A DNA stretch of 64,000 nt from Eledone cirrhosa (lineage: Eukaryota): contig OZ024743.1 of the NCBI GenBank assembly GCA_964016885.1, forward strand, positions 165,664,001 to 165,728,000, read 5' to 3'. The translations under genes and the position numbers were made by a program. Numbering within the stretch: the first letter of the stretch is position 1; every line of letters begins with the position of its first letter. The notes beneath the pieces are model-generated. The model was not told the DNA's origin, searched no databases, and saw only the letters and a program-made list of their open reading frames with translations. This document shows, in pieces, positions 1 through 12,648 of the stretch.

Positions 1-1091
1 TGTGTGTGTGTGTGTGTGTATATATGTGTGTGTGTGTATGTGTGTACATAATCATACTGTACTATCCCAAGTATCGAGTACTCTGTCGAATGATGGTATA
101 AAGTTGCATTCATTAACATTTTATGTAAATATATATGTATAGTTCGTAGTTTCTACTAGAAAGAATTGATCGACCTACTTCCAGTGTTAATATTGAATTT
201 CTGTTGATTTCAGGGCAGCGCAAGAATTCGGTGCTTGTATTCGGAGTTTAGGAGAATGTGAAGGAAGTGCCAAACATGTTATTGATAAAGTGATTAGAAA
301 GATTATAAACTCCGGCTGTTCCATAGGAAGTGAGTCATAAATCTATATTAACAAGCTTCTCTCTTTCTCTCTCTCCCTCACACTCTCTCTTACTCTCTCT
401 CTCTCTCTTTCCCCTTAGCCCTCTATTTCGCACTCTATTTTTCTATTATATAAACATGCATCTATTCATCTACCCCTCCCCACACAGACACACAGACACA
501 GACACATACACACATGCATTCACCCCGCACCAACACATGTATATGTATGCGTGTGTGCGTATGCGTCTGTGTTTTGTGTATAAGTGTAGTCACAAATGAA
601 AGAAAAGAGTAATCAACACATAACGTGGAAGTTGGGAGTATTTATATGAACAGTTAAACAATTTTTTCATAGACGTAAATATGTCTAATTTCTTCAGATG
701 CTTGGAAGTAAAAATATACAATTAGCAGCATGTTATTAAGTGTTTCCATTGATTGATTCAGGTCCGAAATTGGCGTCGGAATGATGTTGGTATTTTTATG
801 GTGTACATGTTTGTTGGAGGGTGGAGTCTGTTTCGCACATACACATCGATCAAGTGGTGTTCATATGATCTTTGTAAGATATCTGGAACCAGTGTTTGAA
901 GGTTGCTAACAAGGCGTTTCTCCTGCGTCATGAAATGTTAAGTCAATTTCTTGTTGATGGATATCAGGGGTTGTTACCGTATATGTCTCATCTCTCTTTC
1001 GGACGTTAAGACTCTATTCCTATTATTTCAAGCGTTAAACTAATATATTATTTTGTTGTACTATGCTGCTTTCTTTGTTATTTCTGTTTAC

Positions 1092-1215
<124 letters not shown>

Positions 1216-1229
1216 CATATTATGGGAGC

Positions 1230-2060
1230 TGAAATAGCCCTCAGCCAGTAACAGATTTAGAGATAATTTACTTGACGCCTATGACAGTAAAGAAGAACAG
1301 ATGGAGACATTCAATTTAGAAGAGCACTAGGAATTCCTAAAAAAAATAACCTACTAAAGTCAGACGAGATCTGTGGGTGGAGCAAGACTACAAGGAGAAA
1401 GAGAGTGACTTGGTGGTGGAACAATAAGGTAGATGAGGCAATTAAGACCAAGAGAAAGGCATGGAAACAATGGAACAACGGGGGAAGCAGCGTACATTAC
1501 ATAGAGACCAGGGAGGAAGCTAGACGACAAGTATACTTAGCAAGAAGGGAAGTGGAGGATAAAGAATTCAAGCATGTTTTGCAGCGTGAGGATCACAAAC
1601 AGGTGTTCAGGATTGCGTGGCAGTGTGTTACAGAAAATTGTGATGCCATTGGCGAGAGGTGTGTCCCGGATGATAAAGGTGCACTTGCCCTCGCAGGCGC
1701 CGAGAAGAAAGCTGCATGAAAGAGCCATTATGTAAGATTGCTAAATGAGGACAATGCATGGGAGAAAGAGACCCTACCTCAAGTGTACCCCATAGAGGGC
1801 CCTGCAGTACAAGTCAGCATCAGTGTAGTAAGTAAGGCAATTAAGGATATGAAGTCTAGGAAGGCAACTGGGCCATAACCATACGTATTTTAAACCAAGT
1901 AATATTAGATGGCGTCATACCAAATGATTGGCACAGCAGCATCATTGTCAACTGCTACAAGGGTAAAGAAGATGCACTAGATAGAAGAAACTATAGAGGT
2001 ATAAAGCTGTTGAACCGGGTCATGAAAGTAAAAGAAAGAGTTATACCACAGCCACGATAA
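1230..2060 (+). mobile_element. Degenerate RTE-clade LINE fragment (linker and start of RT)
   Basis: TWWWNNKVDEAIKTKRKAWKQW...EARRQVYLAR, followed after stops and frameshifts by IPNDWHSSIIVNCYKGKEDALDRRNYRGIKLLNRVMKVKERVI, typical RTE RT subdomains 0-2. Confidence 0.85.
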
Positions 2061-2540
2061 ATACAAATAAGTCGAAGACTAACCTGGACCATCTTGAGTA
2101 CATAGGAATCGATAGAAATCGATAAAATCTTCGATAGGTTTCTGGGACCAAGAAGCTGCACCACAAGTTGCATAATACATATGCATGTCGTAGATGCATT
2201 TTCGTGGTGGAACGGGAGCCTCCGTCATCGGCAAGTTTGGTCCGTAGTAGACAATGTGTTTCTGCTGAGAAACATTGAGGCATTCTACTATAGTAGTAAA
2301 TTCGCCTGTGTCATCATGTGACTTTTTCTTAAAAGAGGAAAGTTGGCCGAACTGTTGATGGGTGAATTCAGGGTGTCTAACAAAGATATTTTCACAGCCT
2401 CAAATAAAAACTCTCAACTAGCATTTATAAACAAAATCAATCGAATACATGAAATTAGAATATATATATACGTGTGTATGTGTGTGTTGCATAATATACA
2501 CATACATAGACTTACCATTACATTATTATTATCCTATCTT

Positions 2541-2725
2541 GGATTGGCAGTATCGGTAGAGAGTCGGGCGCCATGCTTTCCAGCATAGTTACGTCCCTTT
2601 ACGGTCTGAGTTCAAATCCCGCCGAGGTTTACTTTGCCTTTCATTCTTACGGGGTCGATAAAATAAAGTATCAGTAATCCACTGGGTAATTGCTGGCCAT
2701 GTGCCTAAAGTAGAAACAATTATTA
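2541..2725 (+). mobile_element. tRNA-derived SINE (octopod-type), slightly 5'-truncated
   Basis: A-box-like TGGCAGTATCGG, B-box-like GAGTTCAAATCC, tail AGAAACAATTATTA; flanked by the direct repeat ATTATTATCCTATCTT (TSD); about 9 further copies in the window. Confidence 0.9.
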
Positions 2726-2789
2726 TCCTATCTTTTTCCTTTATACTGAAACGTTTACTTTCATGTGCTTCGACACACACACACACAAC

Positions 2790-2828
<39 letters not shown>

Positions 2829-2855
2829 AGTGGTTACACAACAGTTAGTTCACCA

Positions 2856-2898
2856 TACCGAGAACAATTGTTTCACCTTAGCGGATCATCAGTTCGTA
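2856..2898 (-). ncRNA. Minimal type I hammerhead ribozyme-like motif
   Basis: Minus strand: uacgaa CUGAUGA uccgcuaaggu GAAA caauugU U cucggua; palindromic stem III ACAAUUGU; stem I imperfect. Confidence 0.55.
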
Positions 2899-3062
2899 AT
2901 GGACATGGTTATACGTATAACCAATAAAAAATCTCCGCATACGCGTTTGTACGGTTGTCCTTCCTGTTCCGTATAACCAATAAAAAAGGTAACCACTTCT
3001 ACCTAACTCGTCCCATGGACTGAGTGCTCTACCACTACGGATATTACCTTCCAGTGTTCTAC

Positions 3063-3096
<34 letters not shown>

Positions 3097-3100
<4 letters not shown>

Positions 3101-3330
3101 ATAATAATAAATTTGAAGACTAAAATCCAAAGAGGGCTCGATAAGGATAAATATATATCAAATATATAAGAACCGTAGAGCAAATATTTATTAAAATAAC
3201 AGATTAAAGTTTAAGCAAAGAATCGCTGCTTTCACCCTTAACGGGATCTTCTGAAACTTCAGAAGATCCCGTTAAGGGTGAAAGCAGCGATTCTTTGCTT
3301 AAACTTTAATCTGTTATTTTAATAAATATA
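3097..3330. mobile_element. Putative PLE-terminal-repeat-derived fold-back element (family A) with a perfect hairpin of about 70 bp arms
   Basis: 3184-3255 is the reverse complement of 3258-3329; HHR-like CAGAAGA-uccc...gggu-GAAA; flanked by (TA)n; homologues at about 11850-12032, 45923-46050 and 63300-64000. Confidence 0.7.
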
Positions 3331-3345
3331 TATATATATATATAT

Positions 3346-3627
3346 TGGACTTGTAATCGGTATGTTGTGAGTTCGACCCTCAAACCGAGTGATGCGTTGT
3401 GTCCTTGAGCAATATACGTTATTTCTTGTTCACTCAGCTGTAGAAATGAGTTGTGACGTCACTGGTTGTATCGGTCATTGCGTTTCCCTTGGACAACATC
3501 GGTGGCGTGGAGTATCCATGGGTGAATGCTGGTCTTCCACAGACAACCTTGCCTGGACTTCATCAGAGAGGAATTTTCTGGGCTCAAATCCCATGGTCAT
3601 TTATGACCGAAAGGGGTCTTTACCCTT
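3346..3627 (+). mobile_element. CORE-type SINE (second SINE family)
   Basis: B-box-like GAGTTCGACCC followed by CORE-like GTGTCCTTGAGCAA; tail ...GACCGAAAGGGGTCTTTACCCTT ends in (TA)n. Confidence 0.6.
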
Positions 3628-3912
3628 ATATATATATATATATATATTCAAAGAAGGGCCGCTCAGGACAAAGACAATGGAAAAACAACAGAAAGACGGA
3701 GGGTCGCATTTCCTCAGTCGACCTCTGGAAATCACTACGATTACTATGATGTAAAACTCATTCTTTGACATACTCATTGAATCTTGTTTAACTATTTAAA
3801 ATATATATATAATACATATACATAAATAATATATATATATAATATATACATATATAATATATATATATATTATTTATGTATATATATTATATATATATAT
3901 ATTACACATATA

Positions 3913-3944
<32 letters not shown>

Positions 3945-4133
3945 TACACACATATATATATATCTACCTACCAACGATGCTTCACACCTCGTTACCGACC
4001 TAACCGGTACCCTCACCAACGACGAACTCGAACTTCTGCGCCTCGGACCCAAGTTCATCATTACACAGCGTCTCGATGATAGACTGAAACTCGACATCGA
4101 AACCAACTTCTGTCGGACAGCATATCAACTGAA

Positions 4134-6059
4134 ATGGCTAACCGCCATCCAAAACAACACCGAGATCGATTACAACCCCACAACCCACCCCACACTCCCC
4201 ACGTACCACCTCGACAACCACTCCACCCCCCACCCACCAACCACGATCTTGACACTAAACTACTCAGGTTGAAACATTCTATCTCTAACATCCTTTCCCA
4301 ACACACACACACACACAATAAACGCAACCTCACCAATGCACAATTTAATACTCTCACCAACCTAAGATCCAGGAACCTTGTGTACCTTCCCTCTGACAAG
4401 GGGAAAGAATTCTGTGTCATCTCGAGAGAGACCTACAACAACTTAGCTCTCCAACATCTTAATGACGACAGCCTCTATTCGAAAGTCACAGGGACCTCCT
4501 CGACTCTAATCGAGGAAGGCATTAACACCATATGGACTAACATCTGTGTCCAACGAAAACTGCCAAAGAAGGTAAAAAACAACATAATGACTCGAAACAG
4601 CAAACTACCCACCTTCTACCACCTGGTTAAAACACATAAACAAGGACCCGATTTGAAAATCAGGCCCATTGTTTCTAGCGTGGAGGGCCCACTCTACAAA
4701 ATATCGTGGCTGCTCTCCACACTACTGAAACCCATTCTACACACACTACCAGCCCACGTCTGCAGCTCAAAGGCGGTCTTGGAGCGACTACACCATCTGG
4801 CGCCCAACACCAGAAAGGACAACGGTTATGCCTTCAGTCTTGATGTGGTCGCCCTTTATACCTCCGTACCAGCATCCCCAGCCGTTGACCTGTTGACCGA
4901 ACGAGTCCGAGCATCTAACTTACACTGCTTCGGACTCACACACACGGACATCCACCAACTCCTCTCCTTCGTTGTGGATAATGCACTCTTCAATTTCCTC
5001 GGCCACACGTACAAACAAATCTCTGGGCTACCTATGGGCTCTAGTCTGTCCGGCATACTTGCGATCTCGTACATGGACCACCTGGAACGCAAGGCACTCA
5101 ATACCTGCCAACCCAACGCCGTCGCCTTCTACTCCAGATACGTTGATGACATCCTGATACTTACTTCTTCCCGGGAGATGGCGAATGAAATTCACCAAAT
5201 CTTCAACGATACTGACCATCACGTCGATTTCACCATCGAACACCCAGGAGAAGACGGGTCACTCGCCCTCCTCGACTTCCGTATCAACATCTCGGAAGAA
5301 GGAGACATAAACACCACCTTCTACCGCAAAGCAGCGTGCAAGGACTTATTTGTGCATTACAACTCAGCCCTCCCCAACAACGCTAAGAGAGGCTATGTCC
5401 TAAATGAACTGACACGGATCACTAACAGATGCAGCGACCCGATGGGTGGTCTCACCCATACCACGCAATTCCGTAATCTACTCAAGTCTAATGGATATCC
5501 CAAGCGACTGATTAACGGAATTAGAGACCCCAGACCCAATAGACAGACACCCACTAGAAACTTAAATAAAAGCAGGTGCTTTTTTAAAATCCCCCACCTG
5601 AGTGAATATACCACGAACGCCATCCGCAGGGCCATACGGACGGAGGGACTTGACATACATTTGGCCCACACAGGACCTTCGCTGCGAAGATGCCTCTCCA
5701 ACAAACCCGACGAGTCAGGTGGGACGTGTTCCCTCAGCAACTGCCCGATACGGGGGGCAGATTGCCTACGCACCTATGTCGTATATAAGATTCAATGCGA
5801 TAAATGTAACAAGTTTTACATAGTTAGCACCATCCGACCCCTACATGTTCGTATCAAGGAACATATCAACACCAACGCATCTTCCTTCCGTAAACACATC
5901 CTTAAATGCGGAAACCCACAGGGTAGACCCTTGGTCACAGTCCTAGCGACTGAACGCAGCATCAGATCCTTAAGGATAAAGGAAGCACTTGTTATTAAGA
6001 ACCTCAGACCCCCACTTAACAACCGGGCTGAGAGAAATGAGCTGACATGGCTAACTTAA
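4134..6059 (+). CDS. PLE reverse transcriptase + GIY-YIG endonuclease (641 aa; true N-terminus lies upstream in another frame)
   Basis: PLE motifs SDKG, FYHLVKTHK, RPIVS, SLDVVALYT, QISGLPMGS, RYVDD, LLDFRI, thumb YRK...HYNSA; endonuclease VVYKIQCDKCNKFYIVST..LHVRIKEH and LRIKEALVI...LNNR. Confidence 0.92.
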   Translation: MANRHPKQHRDRLQPHNPPHTPHVPPRQPLHPPPTNHDLDTKLLRLKHSISNILSQHTHTHNKRNLTNAQFNTLTNLRSRNLVYLPSDKGKEFCVISRETYNNLALQHLNDDSLYSKVTGTSSTLIEEGINTIWTNICVQRKLPKKVKNNIMTRNSKLPTFYHLVKTHKQGPDLKIRPIVSSVEGPLYKISWLLSTLLKPILHTLPAHVCSSKAVLERLHHLAPNTRKDNGYAFSLDVVALYTSVPASPAVDLLTERVRASNLHCFGLTHTDIHQLLSFVVDNALFNFLGHTYKQISGLPMGSSLSGILAISYMDHLERKALNTCQPNAVAFYSRYVDDILILTSSREMANEIHQIFNDTDHHVDFTIEHPGEDGSLALLDFRINISEEGDINTTFYRKAACKDLFVHYNSALPNNAKRGYVLNELTRITNRCSDPMGGLTHTTQFRNLLKSNGYPKRLINGIRDPRPNRQTPTRNLNKSRCFFKIPHLSEYTTNAIRRAIRTEGLDIHLAHTGPSLRRCLSNKPDESGGTCSLSNCPIRGADCLRTYVVYKIQCDKCNKFYIVSTIRPLHVRIKEHINTNASSFRKHILKCGNPQGRPLVTVLATERSIRSLRIKEALVIKNLRPPLNNRAERNELTWLT

Positions 6060-6505
6060 CCATAGTGACCATTCACAGCCCTTACGGCCTGCTATTTTCA
6101 CACACGTATATGCTTACCCATACGCACACACACACACATCTATATTTATACACGCACACATGTTTTACAACCTACCACCTTTCACACCCTTTGATTTCCA
6201 GCTTCTACAGCCCACTATCTTTCACACACACACACACTCACACATATACACACTTACACATATACACACACAGTTACACACACATATATATTTACACACA
6301 CATATTTTACGGCTTTCACACGCTAGCGCACCCTCTTGATTTAACCCATTTGGTTAGTAGCTTTTGCCACAGCCTATCACGCGCACGCGCATTCTTTCCC
6401 TCATTTAAATTTAAAAAAAAAATGTTCTCCCCATAACGGCATTCCTGTTTTAACGACATCACAACTTTCTCCGGCTTGGCCTGTTTCCCCCCCTTTTGGA
6501 ACTTT

Positions 6506-6540
6506 CCCCCGTTGATGGGCGTGAGCCCGAAATATTGGGA
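6506..6540 (+). ncRNA. Degenerate minimal hammerhead in the PLE-1 3' terminal repeat
   Basis: cccc g UUGAU gggc-gtga-gccc GAAA uaU U ggga; core lacks the canonical GA; same position as the intact HHR of the related fragment at 61910. Confidence 0.5.
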
Positions 6541-6687
6541 TTAAATCTCCACTACGGTAACCCTTCTACCTTTGTTTTGTTTTCATCTTTGTCTCTCTCA
6601 ATTTTCACTTTCTCCTATTTCTCCTATCTATCATTCACTTCCTACCTCGAGATTTCCCTCTGCATTGTTGTGGCTTTCTAAACTACG

Positions 6688-6718
<31 letters not shown>

Positions 6719-7137
6719 CACATATATATATATTATATATATATGATAATAATGATGGCTGCGCGTTGCAAATGGTGGTGTATATGAAAAAGTAAGTCCT
6801 TCATCAGTGACCCTCCAACCGTCCCAGGCATTTCATCGCTTTAAGGGCCATATGCCTCAGGTTAGTGCGAACAACGGCTAAAAAAAGTCGTTGGGACACG
6901 TAAATAAAGGGGACGTTAGGGTAACAAACAAGATGGTTTAAGCAACGGAAAGTGAGAAGAAATAGACAAGTCCCAGATCTCTATGAATATAAATTCGGTG
7001 AAATCGTGAACAAGAGACAGAAGACCATCAAACCTGGTTGAAATGTGAGCAAGGAAGGAATTTCGCACAGGTCTAACGGGGGGGGGGAAGAAAATATATA
7101 TATATATTATATATATTACACATATATATATATATAT

Positions 7138-7169
<32 letters not shown>

Positions 7170-7176
7170 TTATATA

Positions 7177-7242
<66 letters not shown>

Positions 7243-7273
7243 TATATATATTACACATATATATATATATTAC

Positions 7274-7323
<50 letters not shown>

Positions 7324-7365
7324 GCGAAACATAAGTCAATTGCATGAACTCATAATCCTTTATTT

Positions 7366-7421
7366 ACTGCTATATATATTTCGATGATAGCCATTGAATG
7401 GATATGACCTCCTCAGGCAGT
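7366..7421 (-). ncRNA. Type I hammerhead ribozyme
   Basis: acugc CUGAGGA [stem II] GAAA uauaua UA gcagu; perfect stem I and palindromic stem III; paralogue of 42738-42793. Confidence 0.85.
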
Positions 7422-7536
7422 TAGTCAGTTCTAAGATATGCCAGCTCTGTGTTTATAGTGTTGATGGTATCAGAGCCTTGGGACATATATATTATATATA
7501 TATATATATTATATATATTATATATATATTACACAA

Positions 7537-7727
7537 GGGCGGTGAATTGGCAGTATCGGTAGAGGGTCGGACTCCATGCTTTGACGCATAGAGTTACGGC
7601 CCTTGCCATTCTGAGTTCAAATCCACCGATGTTAACTTTGCCTTTCATCCTTAAGAGGTCGATAAAATAAAGTACCAGTAATTTACTGGGTTATTGCTGG
7701 CCTTGTGCCAATAGTAGAAACAATTAT
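7537..7727 (+). mobile_element. tRNA-derived SINE, full length
   Basis: GGGCGGTGAATTGGCAG start, B-box, AGAAACAATTA tail; TATATATATTACAC on both sides. Confidence 0.9.
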
Positions 7728-8033
7728 ATATATTACACTTATTTATAAGTTATATAATTTATATATATATATTCTATATGATATATATATATTATATATA
7801 TATAATATATATATTATATTATATATATATATATTATATATATATATTATATATATATTATATTGTATATATATATTATATATATTATATATTATATATA
7901 AATATATATAATCTATATATATTATATATATATTATATATATTATATATATATATATTGTATTATATATAATATATATATATATTATATACGATATTAAA
8001 CAAATGGAAACTATATTTATAAAACCATATTTA

Positions 8034-8095
8034 TTTCGTTATATATATTTCTGGGATATCATATTAAAAATATGGTATGCCTTCCTCAGACAAAA
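8034..8095 (-). ncRNA. Type I hammerhead ribozyme (left arm)
   Basis: uuuugu CUGAGGA [aggcauaccauau...auaugauauccca] GAAA uauaua UA acgaaa. Confidence 0.78.
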
Positions 8096-8621
8096 TACAA
8101 TACATAAGCTGTTTTATAAATAATTTTTGACATACCTTATAATAATGCAACTTCCATTTAAAAAGTTGATTTGGTAGTGAAACTGTTATGACAGTTATAT
8201 AGAAAGAAAAACGAAGATGAGAATAAGAAGATGAAGAGATGTATGTAAATAAAAAAAGAAGAAGATGAAGAGATGTATGTAAAGAAAAACAACAGAGCGA
8301 GATAGAGAGACAAGGAGATATGGGAGAGAGAAATACATTGAGGAAGTGAAAAAATATAGTAGGCAGCTTTTGGACAGATGATCATCGTATATGTGAGAGG
8401 TTAAGGAGGGAAGGGATACAGTTAAACTAGCCGACACATAAATCACGTCCAGTGTAGGGGAGAAAAAGAAAGAAAGATGATATATTTAAAATATATTAAA
8501 AATATATTATGTCTCATCCATTTGAATTATCAATTTTTATGAATTAGGTATAATAATGTAAATATCAGTATTCATGAATGAGACACATATCCATAATGTG
8601 TGAAAAAAAAAAAAAAAAAAA

Positions 8622-8872
8622 AATCTTCAACATCGCTGTCAGGGTTACTCTGGCAACTTAAACATGATAAAGTTGGATATTCGATGGTTTGGAATATAGT
8701 CTCAAAAGGGATTCCTTTTAATTCCTCTTCTGAGACATGTGACCTCTGCGCGGAGGAGATATTCTTTATACTAAAATCTAAAAATTCCCTTAATTTACGA
8801 ACCAATTTATTCAGCTGCTGCAGACATAGATTGAACTCAACTTTTAAATATAAATATAAATTTAAAATGTAG
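8622..8872 (+). pseudogene. C-terminal fragment of a PLE GIY-YIG domain (probably Naiad-type)
   Basis: TSLSGLLWQLK...WNIV...CDLCAEEIFFILKS...LNLRTNLFSCCRH, colinear with the C-termini of the 37860, 43945 and 54536 ORFs. Confidence 0.85.
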
Positions 8873-10094
8873 TATAAAATGTAGTATATTTACTTAAGAT
8901 ATTTAACTATTTATGAAACTTGGCGATAAACCTTCGATTCCTTCAATTTTTTTTAAAACCTTTCTGCATGAATATATAATTAATGAGATTAAATAAACTA
9001 CCCTAAAATTGGCGTTGTTCCCAATCTTTTGAATAAATTTTTAAGCTGGATAAACTTCTATAATAAATATAAGAGCATTTGTAGAATAAGTTTTGAATGA
9101 TTTCTGCTAAATAAGGCTTGGTGAACAATTTTGGTTATGTTTGCTTTTGATTCTGATTTTATGTGACCGATATGCGTGGCATACTATGTTCTCTTGCGTC
9201 CCTAGATACTCTGTGGAGTGACGAAGATATTCTTGGCGTTTTTAATTTTTAATATTGATATCTGTTGTCTACTCTATGCTTGATAGATAATCATGCAAGT
9301 GAGGCTGGAATGTTATTTTAAATGTTAATGTATATCTTGTATATTTTATGTCTATATATATGTATATATGTATGTAAATATATGTAGGGTGGAATCTTTT
9401 GTAACGCAATGAAGTTTTTCATGAAATATAAGAATCTGTGGAGCATATCACGTAGGTTCACATGTGTGTCTATATTTATCAACTTGAATTTGAGATAACC
9501 TTCTCTTTTCTCTTTTTCTTTTTTCATGAGAATGCATATATACTTATGTTTGAAGTTTTATCTCAGATTTTGCTTATAGACCTAAGAATTTTTAAACTAA
9601 GCATGGGGTCATTTTTTTTTTCACACATAATGGATATGTGTCTCATTCATGAATACTGATATTTACATTATAATACCTAATTCATAAAAATTGATAATTC
9701 AAATGGATGAGACATAATATATTTTTAATATATTTTAAATATATCATCTTTCTTTCTTTTTCTCCTCTACACTGGACGTGATTTATGTGTCGGCTAGTTT
9801 AATTGTATCCCTTCCCTCCTTAACCTCTCACATATACGATGATCATCTGTCCAAAAGCTGCCTACTATATTTTTTCACTTCCTCAATGTATTTCTCTCTC
9901 CCATATCTCCTTGTCTCTCTATCTCGCTCTGTTGTTTTTATTTACATACATCTCTTCATCTTCTTCTTCTCATCTTCGTTTTTCTTTCTATATAACTGTC
10001 ATAACAGTTTCACTACCAAATCAACTTTTTAAATGGAAGTTGCATTATTATAAGGTATGTCAAAAATTATTTATAAAACAGCTTATGTATTGTA

Positions 10095-10156
10095 TTTTGT
10101 CTGAGGAAGGCATACCATATTTTTAATATGATATCCCATAAATATATATTACGAAA
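10095..10156 (+). ncRNA. Hammerhead (right arm) with core mutation GAAA->UAAA
   Basis: Inverted twin of 8034-8095; reads ...atatccca TAAA tatatattacgaaa. Confidence 0.7.
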
Positions 10157-10314
10157 TAAATATGGTTTTATAAATATAGTTTCCATTTGTTTAATATCGT
10201 AAACCTACTCCAGAAACTGTTGAGTGCTTTTATATCAGTTATAAAATATTTACTCGTTGTAACCCAACAATCTTAAATAAAACTTTTGCATATATATATT
10301 ATATATATATATAT

Positions 10315-10391
10315 ATAATTATTTCTAATTTTGGCACAAGGCCACCAATTATCCCATTACATTACTGGTATTTATTTTATCGACCCCTTCG

Positions 10392-10392
<1 letters not shown>
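10315..10392 (-). mobile_element. SINE 3' fragment
   Basis: Reverse complement of the SINE tail (GGGTCGATAAAATAAA...GGCCTTGTGCC). Confidence 0.8.
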
Positions 10393-10465
<73 letters not shown>

Positions 10466-10468
<3 letters not shown>

Positions 10469-10659
10469 AAAAAGTATGACACCAACGGCAGTGCTCAAGC
10501 CGTCTCGCCGGCTATTTCTGAACTCCAGAAATAGCCGTCGAAACGGCATGAGCTCTGCCGTCGGGGTCATACTTTTTCCTATTTCCCACTCTACTACTCT
10601 AAGTATTGAGTACTGTGGTGCGTTATGGTCCATCTGGTTCCTTACCACATTTCCTTTGT

Positions 10660-10660
<1 letters not shown>
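10466..10660. mobile_element. Short fold-back derivative of the PLE-2-family terminal repeat (3' half of HHR only)
   Basis: Imperfect hairpin 10466-10580; right arm and tail match 42125-42258 (GCCGTC GAAA CGGC...GCCGTC GGGGTC). Confidence 0.75.
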
Positions 10661-10714
<54 letters not shown>

Positions 10715-10752
10715 TTCATATTAACAAAATGGATGTTCTTGTGATCAATTAA

Positions 10753-10818
10753 ATTTTATTATACATATTTCAGAGGTACTTGAATCAGGTTCAACAGTAC
10801 GTCCTCATCAGATAAAAT
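10753..10818 (-). ncRNA. Type I hammerhead ribozyme (left arm)
   Basis: Exact inverted twin of 10908-10973. Confidence 0.8.
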
Positions 10819-10907
10819 AAAATGATACATGACATAACCTGAGATGTTAGATGGTTAAGATTTAATCTTAACCATCTAACATCTCAGAGTATGTCATGTA
10901 TCATTTT

Positions 10908-10973
10908 ATTTTATCTGATGAGGACGTACTGTTGAACCTGATTCAAGTACCTCTGAAATATGTATAATAAAAT
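10908..10973 (+). ncRNA. Type I hammerhead ribozyme (right arm)
   Basis: auuuuau CUGAUGA [ggacguac..uugaa ccuga uucaa guaccucu] GAAA uaugua UA auaaaau. Confidence 0.82.
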
Positions 10974-11108
10974 TTAATTGATCACAAGAACATCTATTTT
11001 GTTAATATGAATTTAATATTAATAACTCTGGAAAATAATTTCTGTCGAGTGCTTCCAATCTGCTGTAAAACTCATTCTTTGGTGTACTCATTGAATCTTG
11101 TTTAACTC

Positions 11109-11158
<50 letters not shown>

Positions 11159-11164
<6 letters not shown>

Positions 11165-11776
11165 AGTAAAATGACGGAGTAAAGGAGATTCGCGTATAAT
11201 CCTGTAATTAAATGAACTCAAAGGAAAGAGTTTTCCTGGGCACTTTAAAATACAATATATAGAGAGGGGGAAAACACAGGAGAGTGTTTTTTTCCTTTAC
11301 AGGAATTTCAAGCAACCAGCTTGAAAAGAATATAAGCTAAAAGAGGCGAAGGAAAAACATTATAATTAAAAGTATAAATTAAAATGAGAAACCAACCTCA
11401 TAACTAAGTCACACATGTACAAACCAGGAGATTTAGTGGGTTCCAATTCGGCCTAGTGGGTCAACAGCATGTGCTACACCGATATTGTCCGCAATACTAA
11501 AGAGAGAACTATAGTAAACCACCTGTCGCACGTGTAAATAGAAGGGAAATAGGTGCACGAGGCAGCGAATGGTGGTATGAACAGATCAAGCTGCTAGAAA
11601 TGGCAGCCTATACCGTTCAATGTATGGTGCTCGACAGCAGAGAGAATGCAAGGCGCAAATATCAAGTAAAATAACGGAGTAAAGGACTCGCGAATAATCC
11701 TGTAATTGAATGAGCTCAAAGGAAAGAGTTTTCCTAGGCACTTTAAATTACAATATATAGAGGGGAAAAACACAGA
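11159..11776 (-). mobile_element. Non-coding unit with about 120 bp terminal direct repeats (period about 500 bp)
   Basis: 11159-11279 repeats at about 11659-11776; internal degenerate HHR-like CUGUUGA...GAAU on the minus strand (about 11440-11470). Strand inferred from that motif. Confidence 0.6.
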
Positions 11777-12230
11777 TTAAAGACATTATTTAAAAGATTA
11801 AAAACATTATTTAAATATTCGCTTCTTTAAAATGTTCAAATGTCAACACTTCCGGTTATACGACATTCTTAACGTCTTCACGAACCAAAGTATCATCTTC
11901 CTGTTTTCTTCCGGTTGCAACGTTTTTCGAAATATTTATTTCGGCGTTCACAGATTGATTTTTTTAGTTTCAGAGATCCCGTTAAGGGAGAAAGCAGTGA
12001 TTCTTTGCTTAAACTTTAATCTGTTATTTTAATATATATATATATATAATTATATATTCGTGTACAGATATTTTTGCATACACAAAAACAAAATATAAAC
12101 AAACGTATTTATTTCACGAAAGCACAGACGGCTTATCGACATTGTTACTGCCGATATGCCACCCAAAAAGTCCTAGCCTGGCTGCAAGACCAGATTTTTC
12201 AGAAGAATAAATGTTACTAGAGCAACAGAG

Positions 12231-12606
12231 AGACTAAGCTTCGTGATTACCATCAACAAAGCTCAGGGTCAAACCCTAAAAGTGGCTGGCCTTCATCTGG
12301 GAAAACCATGGTCAATTGTATGTAGGATGCTCTAGGTTGAGCTCGCCAAACAATCTCTTCATCTTTGATCCCGAGGGCCGAACAAAAAATATTGTATACT
12401 CTGAGGCTCTAACAATGTAATTTATGCATTTTCTATTAGCAGGAATTTCCATTATGGTTGTTCAAATTATTGTAAAGTTTGTTTAAAATGTGTTCTCTGT
12501 TCAACCTTTATTGTTGTAACTATCAATTTTCTATCAATATATATAACTATCAATATATATATATATATATATACACACTCACACACACATATATATATAT
12601 ACACAA

Positions 12607-12648
<42 letters not shown>

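Larger units (their letters stand above)
3961..6688 (+). mobile_element. Penelope-like retroelement PLE-1 (RYVDD type, possibly Nematis/Neptune-like), 5'-truncated
   Basis: RT plus C-terminal GIY-YIG ORF; about 630 nt 3' region with an HHR-like motif; both ends lie in a TA/TTACAC microsatellite. Confidence 0.93.
7990..10290. mobile_element. 5'-truncated PLE with an inverted copy of its 3' end (arms about 620 bp)
   Basis: 7990-8610 is the reverse complement of about 9615-10200; GIY-YIG tail at 8622-8872; HHR in both arms; (TA)n at both outer ends. Confidence 0.85.
10707..11112. mobile_element. Non-coding HHR palindrome (arms about 155 bp) with a unique 3' tail
   Basis: 10707-10861 is the reverse complement of 10865-11019; tail homologous to about 3750-3800; (TA)n flanks. 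Confidence 0.85.

Noticed and set aside
743-870. HHR-like fragments (ttcc...GAAA ttggc GTC ggaa; minus-strand UUGAUCGA...GAAA)
   Set aside because: The cores are too degenerate to call.
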